This document shows, piece by piece, positions 30,192 to 37,974 of a DNA stretch of 64,000 bases. A model generated the notes under the pieces. That model made no database searches. It had not been told where the DNA came from and saw only the letters and a program-made list of their open reading frames with translations. A program made the position numbers and the translations under genes. The DNA is from Rickettsiales bacterium (GTDB taxonomy: Bacteria; Pseudomonadota; Alphaproteobacteria; Rickettsiales; JAJNBL01), in the NCBI GenBank assembly GCA_021156175.1, contig JAJNBL010000002.1:197029-261028 (forward strand), read 5' to 3'. Positions within the stretch are counted from its first letter, which is position 1, and each line of letters starts with the position of its first letter.

Positions 30192-30650
30192 GATGACACT
30201 CTACAATTTCCCACGTCTTTTTGAAAAGCCCTTATACATTTTTTTTCACGAGAAGTATCCTACTATCTAATAAGTATTTATTAGAGAAATAAAGTAGAGG
30301 TAATAGTTGTCCTTCCGGATATGGGGATACAATAGTTTACACGGAGTTTTCCACATAGTGATGGGAGTTGAAAATAGTTGGGGATAATTATGGGGATATA
30401 GAGTATAAGCTATTGTTATTGTATTAAAAATAATAGGGTTTATATATATAGTTATAAAGGACATTACTACTTACTCCCATTATCCCGATCCCTACTTAGC
30501 AACTTATCCTCAGGGGATAAATCATGAATCACTTGTGGTATTTTTGTTGAGAAAACCCCTTTAGCTGCGTAAGATCACTTTCGCACAGAGTTATGCAAGC
30601 GGTTATCCTCACGCTTATCCACAATTTTAGAAATAAATGATTTAACACCT
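30192..30650. other. candidate chromosomal replication origin (oriC)
   Basis: 459-bp non-coding gap between hemE and the RP001/PDRP homologue. Perfect DnaA box TTATCCACA at 30615-30623; at least 7 one- or two-mismatch boxes; AT-rich core about 30400-30470. Confidence 0.65.
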
Positions 30651-31490
30651 ATGACAACTCAGACCGTCCACTTACATCTAGTTTCCGATTCGACAGGAGA
30701 AACGGTCAGCAGCGTATCCCGTGCCGCGTTAGCCCAATTTGAAGGGATAGAAGTCGAGGAACATGTATGGTCACTGGTGCGTACCTCCGGCCAAATGCAA
30801 AAGGTTTTAGACCATGTTCGTGATAATCCCGGCATTGTCATGTATACCATTACACAAAAAAAGCTTCGGGAAGAACTTAAACAAGGCTGTGCCAAGTTAA
30901 ATGTCTTGTGTATACCAATATTATCAAGAGTTATCAAAGACTTACAAGCATATTTTGGACAGAAAGTTTCCTCGAGCCGTCCTGGAAAACAACATGAAAT
31001 GGATGAAGATTATTTCGAACGCGTGGAAGCGATTAACTTTGCTTTAGCGCATGATGATGGCCAAATGACCTGGGATTTAGAAGAAGCCGATGTTGTCGTG
31101 ATAGGTGTATCGCGGACGTCCAAATCGCCGACCTGTGTGTATCTCGCCTATCGCGGCCATCGCGCGGCAAATATTCCCTTTGTTCCTATTGTCCCCTTCC
31201 CGATTGAGCCAGAGCAGGTGAAAAATACGCTTGTGGTGGGATTAACTATCAGCGCGGAACGGCTTGTCCAAATTCGCAAAAGCCGCTTACTGTCGCTTAA
31301 TGAAGACCGCGAAACGGAATATGTGGATATCGAATCCATCCGCGCGGAAATCGCGGAAGCGCGCAAACTCTTCCAGAAATTCCGCTGCCCAGTGATTGAT
31401 GTGACGCGCAAATCTGTTGAGGAAACCGCGGCGACCATTATTCAGCATATCCAAGAACGCAGAGAGCAGAAAAAAGAGGTCATTTCATGA
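30651..31490 (+). CDS. pyruvate,phosphate dikinase / PEP synthase regulatory protein (DUF299; RP001 homologue)
   Basis: 279 aa; HLVSDSTGET N-terminus and P-loop GVSRTSKSPT. Confidence 0.88.
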   Translation: MTTQTVHLHLVSDSTGETVSSVSRAALAQFEGIEVEEHVWSLVRTSGQMQKVLDHVRDNPGIVMYTITQKKLREELKQGCAKLNVLCIPILSRVIKDLQAYFGQKVSSSRPGKQHEMDEDYFERVEAINFALAHDDGQMTWDLEEADVVVIGVSRTSKSPTCVYLAYRGHRAANIPFVPIVPFPIEPEQVKNTLVVGLTISAERLVQIRKSRLLSLNEDRETEYVDIESIRAEIAEARKLFQKFRCPVIDVTRKSVEETAATIIQHIQERREQKKEVIS

Positions 31491-32317
31491 TTACTGGAAA
31501 TGCCCTTATTGCAGGAGTCATCGGATATCCTGTTCGCCATTCGCTATCTCCACGTCTGCATAATTACTGGCTGGAGTACTATAAATTATCGGGTGCCTAT
31601 ATCCCGCTTGAAATCGCGCCGGAATACCTTGCTTCCTTTATTCGTACCCTCCCGCTTATTGGCAATTGGCGAGGCTTGAATGTCACCGTTCCCCATAAAG
31701 AAGCGGTATTAGGATTAATGGATGAAGTCGATCCTGTCGCTAAACGTATTGGTGCAGTAAATACGGTGATTATCCGCGAAGGAAAACTCTTTGGGACGAA
31801 TACCGATGCCTATGGTTTTATCGCTAACCTTAAAGAACAGGCGCCCCATTTCAGTTTCCACGGAAAAACGGCATTGGTATTAGGTGCAGGTGGTGCTGCA
31901 CGGGCCGTATGTGCCGGCCTCCAAGATGCAGGCATCAAAGAAATTATCCTCGCCAACCGCACGATTGCCAGAGCGGAAGAAGTGGCTAATGCTTTAGGTG
32001 GAAACATCCGTGTGCATACCTGGGAACAGGTGCAAAAAATTCTTCCTGACATAGGGTTGCTTGTGAATACCACAACACTTGGAATGGAAGGCAAGCCGGC
32101 GCTTAATTTTTCGCTCGTCTCCCTGCCCCGCGAGGCGCTGGTATCCGATATTGTCTATGTCCCGCGTGTCACATCACTACTGGAAACCGCCAAAGCCCAA
32201 GGTAATCCGATTGTGACAGGATTAGGGATGCTGTTCCATCAAGCCGTTCCCGGTTTTGAAGCTTGGTTTGGGGTAAGGCCGGAGGTAGACCCCGCCCTTG
32301 AGGTGCTTATAAGATAA
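31487..32317 (+). CDS. aroE: shikimate dehydrogenase
   Basis: 276 aa; SLSPRLHN and NVTVPHK motifs; GAGGAARA Rossmann motif; 4-nt overlap with the upstream gene. Confidence 0.92.
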   Translation: MITGNALIAGVIGYPVRHSLSPRLHNYWLEYYKLSGAYIPLEIAPEYLASFIRTLPLIGNWRGLNVTVPHKEAVLGLMDEVDPVAKRIGAVNTVIIREGKLFGTNTDAYGFIANLKEQAPHFSFHGKTALVLGAGGAARAVCAGLQDAGIKEIILANRTIARAEEVANALGGNIRVHTWEQVQKILPDIGLLVNTTTLGMEGKPALNFSLVSLPREALVSDIVYVPRVTSLLETAKAQGNPIVTGLGMLFHQAVPGFEAWFGVRPEVDPALEVLIR

Positions 32318-32323
32318 GGGGTT

Positions 32324-32950
32324 TTACATCCCCACCCCTTGAAACCACCGTTCTAACTCCAGCGCATCCATAATAAGCTCCACCGAAAAAGCCGCCAATA
32401 TCATTCCCATCACTTTAACCAGGATCGCCGCTCCGTTCTGCCCAATCACCTTTAAGATATGGTCCGAGCAGATCATCATGAGATAGGTAATAGAGAGGAC
32501 AATTGCCATCATCCCGGTAGTAATCGCCTGTTGTGGCAAGCTAAACGCATTATTATCGGTCAGCATAATCACCGCCATAATCGAACCCGGCGCTGCAATG
32601 ACGGGAACCGCCAAAGGGAATACCGCCATATCGTGATTACCGTTGGTTTCGGCTCCCCAGTCGGTGGCAAGGATATTCTCAAAAATCATCTTGAGTCCGA
32701 AAATAAGAAGAATAATGCCGCCCGCAATTTCAAGCGCAATGAGCTTGATGCCCATGCCCGTTAAAATAATTTGTCCGGCGATGATAGAGACAAAAAGAAT
32801 GATAAAGGCATAGACCACGGATTTACGAGCGATCCGCCGCCGTTCTGCATAATCCTTGGAGGCAGTCAGCGCAGCAAAAATGGCAAGGGCACCGATGGGA
32901 TCTACGGTGGTCCATATCAGAAGAAAATCTCTGACAGTCTGATCGAACAT
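32324..32950 (-). CDS. MarC-family integral membrane protein
   Basis: Polytopic membrane ORF. I chose the internal Met (MFDQTVRDFLL) as the start; the 36-codon upstream extension looks non-genic. Confidence 0.7.
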   Translation of the reverse strand: MFDQTVRDFLLIWTTVDPIGALAIFAALTASKDYAERRRIARKSVVYAFIILFVSIIAGQIILTGMGIKLIALEIAGGIILLIFGLKMIFENILATDWGAETNGNHDMAVFPLAVPVIAAPGSIMAVIMLTDNNAFSLPQQAITTGMMAIVLSITYLMMICSDHILKVIGQNGAAILVKVMGMILAAFSVELIMDALELERWFQGVGM

Positions 32951-33228
32951 AGCATTTCCTGGGATGAGCTTACTAGAATACACCTTTGGAAGTATTTGTA
33001 CATATTTTAACGTATGCACTGAGAAATTTCTAACGTGTAGAACCGTACGGAATCCCAAGAGAAAGTTGCATAATTACCCTTTCAGGTTGTATAAAAATGC
33101 CATACGGTAGAATTGTGAATAATAATTATTCGTAGGATGTAACGTTAAAAGGAGAGTGAGCGGTTACTCGAGCAAAAGCAGACAAAAAAGAAACAGAAGA
33201 AAAACTGAAAAACGACAAGCTGGAGCTC

Positions 33229-33426
33229 GTGGAGGTAGTAGTAAAGGATCATAAAAATATTTCAAAAGAAGAGGCAAAAGTGCATATAGAAGATAAAATA
33301 GAAAAGGAACAAGAAAAGCTAGAAAAGGCGACTCAAACCTGGGCAGAAAAAAATCCAAACAGAGCTAATCTAAGAGCAAGCAACCGATGGGTATCTCACG
33401 CAAGCGACAGATGTAATATACTCTAG
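33229..33426 (+). CDS. hypothetical small Lys/Glu-rich protein (start uncertain; GTG 33157 or GTG 33229)
   Basis: Short ORF in an A-rich segment, followed by a strong terminator. No family recognised. Confidence 0.3.
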   Translation: MEVVVKDHKNISKEEAKVHIEDKIEKEQEKLEKATQTWAEKNPNRANLRASNRWVSHASDRCNIL

Positions 33427-33442
33427 TTTTTTAAGTGCTGGA

Positions 33443-33475
33443 ATTGGCCGGGGCTTATCCTCCGGCCAATTTTTA
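33443..33475 (+). terminator. rho-independent terminator
   Basis: ATTGGCCGG / CCGGCCAAT 9-bp stem followed by TTTT. Confidence 0.7.
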
Positions 33476-33553
33476 TTGGGATCGACAGAGAATAAAAAAA
33501 GCCCCATTCAAGGCTTTTACGCGTGTGGGTGCACGGTAGTTTATGGGAAGAAA

Positions 33554-33626
33554 TGGCTGGGGCGCCAGGATTGGCTTCGCCGTATCTCGGCCTGTTGGCC
33601 TCGTGGTCGAACGTCGTTCGAACCTG
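33554..33626 (-). pseudogene. partial, interrupted copy of the tRNA-Gln 3' end
   Basis: 33554-33572 is identical to the 19 nt at 33688-33706 (acceptor 3' strand, CCA and T-stem). TTCGAACCTG at 33617-33626 repeats the T-loop and stem. About 44 nt of unrelated sequence lies in between. Confidence 0.6.
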
Positions 33627-33687
33627 ACACTTAAAATCACTTAATAAAACAAGGCGCATTGTTATGCCTATGCCATGTTTTATTAAG

Positions 33688-33761
33688 TGGCTGGGGCGCC
33701 AGGATTCGAACCTGGGGTGGCGGGATCAAAACCCGCTGCCTTACCGCTTGGCTACGCCCCA
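33688..33761 (-). tRNA. tRNA-Gln (anticodon UUG), CCA encoded
   Basis: The reverse complement TGGGGCGTAGCCAAGCGGTAAGGCAGCGGGTTTTGATCCCGCCACCCCAGGTTCGAATCCTGGCGCCCCAGCCA folds as a cloverleaf. It closely parallels the E. coli tRNA-Gln(UUG) sequence as I recall it. Confidence 0.93.
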
Positions 33762-33846
33762 ACAAATGACGCAACTTACGGGGAAGCCCCGCGCGTGCGG
33801 GAGCATTACTACACCACCTTTTGGAAAGTTGCAAGCGCTTCACGCA

Positions 33847-34179
33847 CTATTTTATGCTCTTTTTAACCCACGAAAGAAAGTCGGGGTTTCCCTCTTCGAT
33901 AGGCAAGGTGACAATACAAGGGAATTCATAGGAATGCAGCGCTTTGACGGCCTCTATTGCAAGCTTCGCCTTATCCTTCGTCGTTTTGGCAAAAATCAAG
34001 GTTTCGGAGGCTTCCTGGAGTACTCCTTCCCAGTGATACAGGGAGGTCATCCCGGGCACAATATTCACGCAAGCCACAAGCTTTTTCTCAAGTAAGCGCT
34101 GGCCAATGGCCCGGGCCTCCTTGACAGAGCTTGCGGTCATATAGAGAAATACTAAGGAAGTAGATTCCATAACAACCAA
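33847..34179 (-). CDS. cutA: divalent-cation tolerance protein CutA
   Basis: 110 aa; LVACVNI...YHWEG...E motif pattern of the CutA1 family. Confidence 0.85.
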   Translation of the reverse strand: MVVMESTSLVFLYMTASSVKEARAIGQRLLEKKLVACVNIVPGMTSLYHWEGVLQEASETLIFAKTTKDKAKLAIEAVKALHSYEFPCIVTLPIEEGNPDFLSWVKKSIK

Positions 34180-34294
34180 TTATCTTTCAGGTACTTAACG
34201 TTATTTTAATATTAAAAGCGGAGAGTGGAAAACAGTAACGACTGCCTAAGATAAGCAGTATAACCAAATCAGAATGACATACAAGGAGAGGCAT

Positions 34295-34894
34295 ATGTTT
34301 GGCCGTAAACCGACCCACCCCGCGCAAGGCGCATCCGAAACCGGACAACGGGCGGGCCATGACGAAGAACAGAATGCCGCGGAAGCCCTCTTGCTACTCG
34401 AAGAAGAAATTATGGTCGATGGTATAGAAGAGACTGCATTAATGGCGCCCGCTCATGCCGCGTCAGAGAGGCTCCGGAGTTTCACGAAAGTAGAAGCTCC
34501 GATTGAGCGCGTGCTCACGGTTGGGTTTGAGACAGCCTTAAAAGGCGATATTTCGGGCTGCGATCGTTTAAAGATCGAAGGCCATGCGGAAGTGAATGTT
34601 ACCGAGATTGCCATTATGGAAATCAACGAAACCGGCACCTTCAAAGGCACGGCGATTGTTGGAACGGCGCTCATCGGCGGGATATTTTCAGGTGATTTGA
34701 CCGTAACCGAGCGTTTGGTGATACTCGAAACGGGCCGTGTGACCGGTACAATAAGCTACCATAGCCTTGAAATTCAGCCGGGCGGCAAAATTGCTGGTAC
34801 GATTGATGTAATTCCGGATGAAGCCGTTGCAGGAGAGCCTAGCCGCCAACGTGCATCTGGCCATCGCATACAAGAAGAACATTATTCGGCGTAA
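34295..34894 (+). CDS. bactofilin (polymer-forming cytoskeletal protein)
   Basis: The track ORF starts at 34274. I prefer the ATG at 34295 (AAGGAG 6 nt upstream), giving an N-terminus MFGRKP like the bactofilin membrane-targeting motif. Beta-helical repeats (IEGHAEVNV..., LTVTERLVILETGRVTGTISYHSLEIQPGGKIAGTI). Confidence 0.82.
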   Translation: MFGRKPTHPAQGASETGQRAGHDEEQNAAEALLLLEEEIMVDGIEETALMAPAHAASERLRSFTKVEAPIERVLTVGFETALKGDISGCDRLKIEGHAEVNVTEIAIMEINETGTFKGTAIVGTALIGGIFSGDLTVTERLVILETGRVTGTISYHSLEIQPGGKIAGTIDVIPDEAVAGEPSRQRASGHRIQEEHYSA

Positions 34895-34935
34895 AGGAGC
34901 GTCGAACTTTTAGGAACCCCCCACTAACCACTCAC

Positions 34936-34970
34936 AAAAATGCCCCAGATATCTATCGGGGCATTTTTGT
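34936..34970. terminator. bidirectional rho-independent terminator
   Basis: AAAAATGCCCC ... GGGGCATTTTT hairpin flanked by an A-run and a T-run. Confidence 0.75.
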
Positions 34971-35095
34971 TTAAATTCTTCTTCCCAAAATACCGAAAAA
35001 TAGATAAACAGCTTAACCACCCTTTAAACGCTAATATGTTAGAATATTTTTTAGCGGTTCTTGACATGATGCAAAGAATCTCACGGGAGATGGTA

Positions 35096-36856
35096 ATGTA
35101 CAAAGAATTGGATCACAGCAAAGCGTTATTCCGGGCATTGATGCTCGCGATGATCCTGTCCTTCTGCACGGTTCCTGCCATCGCTGCCGAGAACGAAGAA
35201 GAAGCGGAAACCGAAGAAGCGAACCCTTCCGATTTCCTTTCTGCCAAAGAATACCAAGTGTCAATGAAACTGGCGCTGGATAAGGCTTTAGGGCGTAAAG
35301 AGTTGGCCTCCCCCTATACAAGGAGCTTACGCGAATTTTATGTAAAACGCCATTATGTGCCCGCGTGGATCACGCGTTATGGATTAAACCGGCAGGCCCG
35401 CCAGGTGCTAAAAACCATCAGTGCAGCAAGTGAAGAAGGGCTTAACCCGTCGAATTATGCGCTCGATCGGATTGCTTCCTTACATGAAAGCAAAGTGCTT
35501 GAGGATGTTGCGCGGCTTGAGGCCTTAGTAAGTCTGGCGGTAATTGAATATGCCGCCGATATGCATTTTGGCCAAACACCGGCCGATACGATCAATAAAA
35601 TCAAAAATCCCCATGGTTCGGATCGCCTGAAATATGCGAAAGCAATACTCGAAACCGCAACCGAAAATGGCGATATGGAAGGCCTCGTGCCAGATATGGC
35701 AGAATATGCGATACTCAAAGCAACGCTTGCCAAATACCGGAAAATTGCGGAACAAGGTGGGCTGCCAACCTTGACGGAAGGCGATCCGATTGAACCAGGC
35801 CAGCAGGATCGCAGAATCGCCATCCTCCAAGATATTCTCATCAAAACAGGGGAGTTCTCGGGAGGATCGCTTCGCGGATTCTACCGCTCCGACCGTTATA
35901 CCTATAATTATCCTCTGGTGGAGGCTGTGCGCACCTTCCAGCGCCATCATGGATTGTGGGATGATGGGGTGATTGGACCTGAGACGGTGGATGCGCTGAA
36001 TCTTCCAGTGGAGGAGCGTATTGCCCAGATTATCGCGACCATGGAGCGTATGCGCTGGTTTGAAGATGATAAAGAAGGACGCTATATCCTGGTCAATGTT
36101 CCGGGCTATTACCTCAAAGCAGTCAGTGCCGGTAAAAAAGAGCTGGAGATGAAAGTGATTGTGGGCAGGGATTCCCGCCCTACCCCACTCTTTAGCAATA
36201 TCATTAATGCGGTTGTCTTCAGCCCAACCTGGGGAGTTCCGGATAAAATTGCGGCAACAGACATGCTGCCAAGAATCAAAAAAGACCCGACCTTCCTTGC
36301 GAAACAAGGGTTCCAACTGCTCGCCTATGATGATGGCGAAACCCAGGCCGTAAATCCTGAGGAGATCAATTGGGAAAAAATGGAAGAAAACGAATTTATC
36401 TCCCGTTACCGGTTACACCAGAAACCGGGCGAAGATAATGCGCTGGGTCGGGTGAAATTCATGATTCCGGATTCTTCGTCGATTTACCTGCATGGGACTT
36501 CGACACCCGTATTATTTGAACAGGTGGCGAGAAGCTTTAGCTCGGGCTGTATCCGGGTGGAATACCCAAAAGAGCTGACCCATTTTATCTTAGCGGAGAA
36601 TTCTGGATGGGATGTGGCGCGAATTGATGAGACGTATGATACATTCCAGAAGCCCCTCTACACGGCACTCACGCATCCTGTGCCAGTTCATCTGGTTTAT
36701 TGGACGGTATGGGTGGATGATGACGAGCAAGTGCATTTTAGCCCGGATATCTATAACAAGAATGCCAAACTCGTGACCAAACTTCTGCCTGCGGAAACCA
36801 GGAATAATGCGGTGCGGATGGCATCAATTAAAGACAATGAGCCTGCAGCGCAGTAA
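35096..36856 (+). CDS. L,D-transpeptidase with peptidoglycan-binding domain (YcbB-like)
   Basis: Signal peptide after MYKELDHSKALFRALMLAMILSFCTVPAIAA. PG-binding segment VRTFQRHHGLWDDGVIGPET. Catalytic HGTS...SSGCIRV. Start moved downstream of the terminator (GGGAGA 5 nt upstream). Confidence 0.85.
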   Translation: MYKELDHSKALFRALMLAMILSFCTVPAIAAENEEEAETEEANPSDFLSAKEYQVSMKLALDKALGRKELASPYTRSLREFYVKRHYVPAWITRYGLNRQARQVLKTISAASEEGLNPSNYALDRIASLHESKVLEDVARLEALVSLAVIEYAADMHFGQTPADTINKIKNPHGSDRLKYAKAILETATENGDMEGLVPDMAEYAILKATLAKYRKIAEQGGLPTLTEGDPIEPGQQDRRIAILQDILIKTGEFSGGSLRGFYRSDRYTYNYPLVEAVRTFQRHHGLWDDGVIGPETVDALNLPVEERIAQIIATMERMRWFEDDKEGRYILVNVPGYYLKAVSAGKKELEMKVIVGRDSRPTPLFSNIINAVVFSPTWGVPDKIAATDMLPRIKKDPTFLAKQGFQLLAYDDGETQAVNPEEINWEKMEENEFISRYRLHQKPGEDNALGRVKFMIPDSSSIYLHGTSTPVLFEQVARSFSSGCIRVEYPKELTHFILAENSGWDVARIDETYDTFQKPLYTALTHPVPVHLVYWTVWVDDDEQVHFSPDIYNKNAKLVTKLLPAETRNNAVRMASIKDNEPAAQ

Positions 36857-36866
36857 ACGCTTTAGG

Positions 36867-37412
36867 TCAGACGCGCGTAGACAGCCAAATGGCGGCCTTG
36901 CTTCCCGCTTTAATCACCTGGGATAGCACGTGATAACCCGGCGCCAGCTCTGCTTCATGTTCCAGCCCAATATCCCGGTGTTCCAGTTCTTCTTGGCGGA
37001 ATTGTTCGATCTTGCTCCGAAGCTCCGTCTCATTTTCAGGCAAATGGCCCAGCTGATGCCGATAATGTTCATCGATTACTTCTTCCACCGCGACCGTACA
37101 TGCCATTGCGGCGCGTTTTCCGAGTAGCGCGGTTGCGGCACCGAGTGCAAACCCTGCGATATTCCACAGCGGCGAAAGTGCGGTTGGGCGGACGTGACGT
37201 GCCGCAAGCTCTTTGGAGAAATAGTCTAAATGCACTTCTTCCTGTTCGGCCATATGGTGAAGCGTTGGCCCAAGTTCTGTTTTCTCAAGAATCGCTAATT
37301 GTCCGGCATAAATACGTTTTGCACCAAACTCTCCGGCATGGTTCACCCGAATCATTTGCGAAACCTGGTGGGAGGTATGTTTGTCGCCCGGAAGAATCAG
37401 TGGCCTAGGCAC
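36867..37412 (-). CDS. coq7: demethoxyubiquinone hydroxylase, COQ7/Clk-1 di-iron family
   Basis: 181 aa; RVNHAGEFGA plus EExH pairs (EQEEVHLDYF, QEELEHRDIG). Confidence 0.85.
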   Translation of the reverse strand: MPRPLILPGDKHTSHQVSQMIRVNHAGEFGAKRIYAGQLAILEKTELGPTLHHMAEQEEVHLDYFSKELAARHVRPTALSPLWNIAGFALGAATALLGKRAAMACTVAVEEVIDEHYRHQLGHLPENETELRSKIEQFRQEELEHRDIGLEHEAELAPGYHVLSQVIKAGSKAAIWLSTRV

Positions 37413-37932
37413 GGTAAATCACTCCTTTGGATCTCTTCGGACGCCACGCACGTAAGGCGGTGAGAAGCAGGATTGCCGCATAGATCATGTTCCAGGCGGC
37501 CATAGAAAGCCCTAGGAACACAAATGCAGGGATATCGCAGCGAACGGCATCCGCGGCCATTAGGCTTTCTAAAAGCGCTTGAGGATCGTCTACGGGCATG
37601 GTGTCGCCGGAACAGGTCTCAAGCCCGGCAAACCAATGATACTCCACACCCATATGATAAAATGCGAGTCCCGCATTCGCAGCCAGCGCAAGCAGGCACA
37701 GCACCAAAAGGGCGGGCGCAAGCCGTGGATTTAAAATTCTGAGCAATCCTAGGAGTGAAAGGCCAACCACTACCGCGTAAGGGATGCGTTGGTAAACACA
37801 GAGCGTACAAGGCTCCAGCCCAAAACGGTATTCACTGATAAAGGCCACTATGAGCGCAAGCAAACTTCCCACAAAGAGTATAAAAAATACTCGTGGTTTG
37901 GCAGTATGTGCTCGTCTGCTCATCTCGGTCAT
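37405..37932 (-). CDS. dsbB: DsbB-family disulfide bond formation protein
   Basis: 175 aa; 4 TM; CTLCVYQRIPY CxxC motif in the first periplasmic loop and a second Cys pair (C...C); 8-nt overlap with coq7. Confidence 0.7.
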   Translation of the reverse strand: MTEMSRRAHTAKPRVFFILFVGSLLALIVAFISEYRFGLEPCTLCVYQRIPYAVVVGLSLLGLLRILNPRLAPALLVLCLLALAANAGLAFYHMGVEYHWFAGLETCSGDTMPVDDPQALLESLMAADAVRCDIPAFVFLGLSMAAWNMIYAAILLLTALRAWRPKRSKGVIYRA

Positions 37933-37974
37933 GTGGGCTATTGTACAAGAGTCGTGCGAGTGTGCAACAGTAGT

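Noticed and set aside
30267-30464. A 65-aa minus-strand ORF in the hemE / PDRP gap
   Set aside because: It lies in the AT-rich, DnaA-box-dense region. The translation is Ile/Tyr/Asn-rich, as expected from AT-rich non-coding DNA, and there is no Shine-Dalgarno sequence.
30192-30650. CtrA boxes (TTAA-N7-TTAA) in the candidate origin
   Set aside because: I scanned the gap by eye and found no properly spaced TTAA pairs, so no CtrA regulation is claimed.
32951-33058. The N-terminal extension of the MarC-family ORF
   Set aside because: The extension is hydrophilic or irregular and precedes the first TM segment. The internal Met gives a normal-length MarC protein. The start remains uncertain.
33554-33640. 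Whether the tRNA-like fragment could be the acceptor piece of a permuted (two-piece) alphaproteobacterial tmRNA
   Set aside because: The acceptor 3' strand is identical to tRNA-Gln (CGCCCCA-G-CCA). It therefore lacks the G3:U70 alanine identity pair and the ACCA end. No tag reading frame or pseudoknots are apparent nearby.
34940-35095. The N-terminal 52 codons of the track ORF for the L,D-transpeptidase
   Set aside because: This stretch contains the bidirectional terminator hairpin (34936-34970). The signal peptide begins only after the Met at 35096, which has a GGGAGA Shine-Dalgarno sequence.
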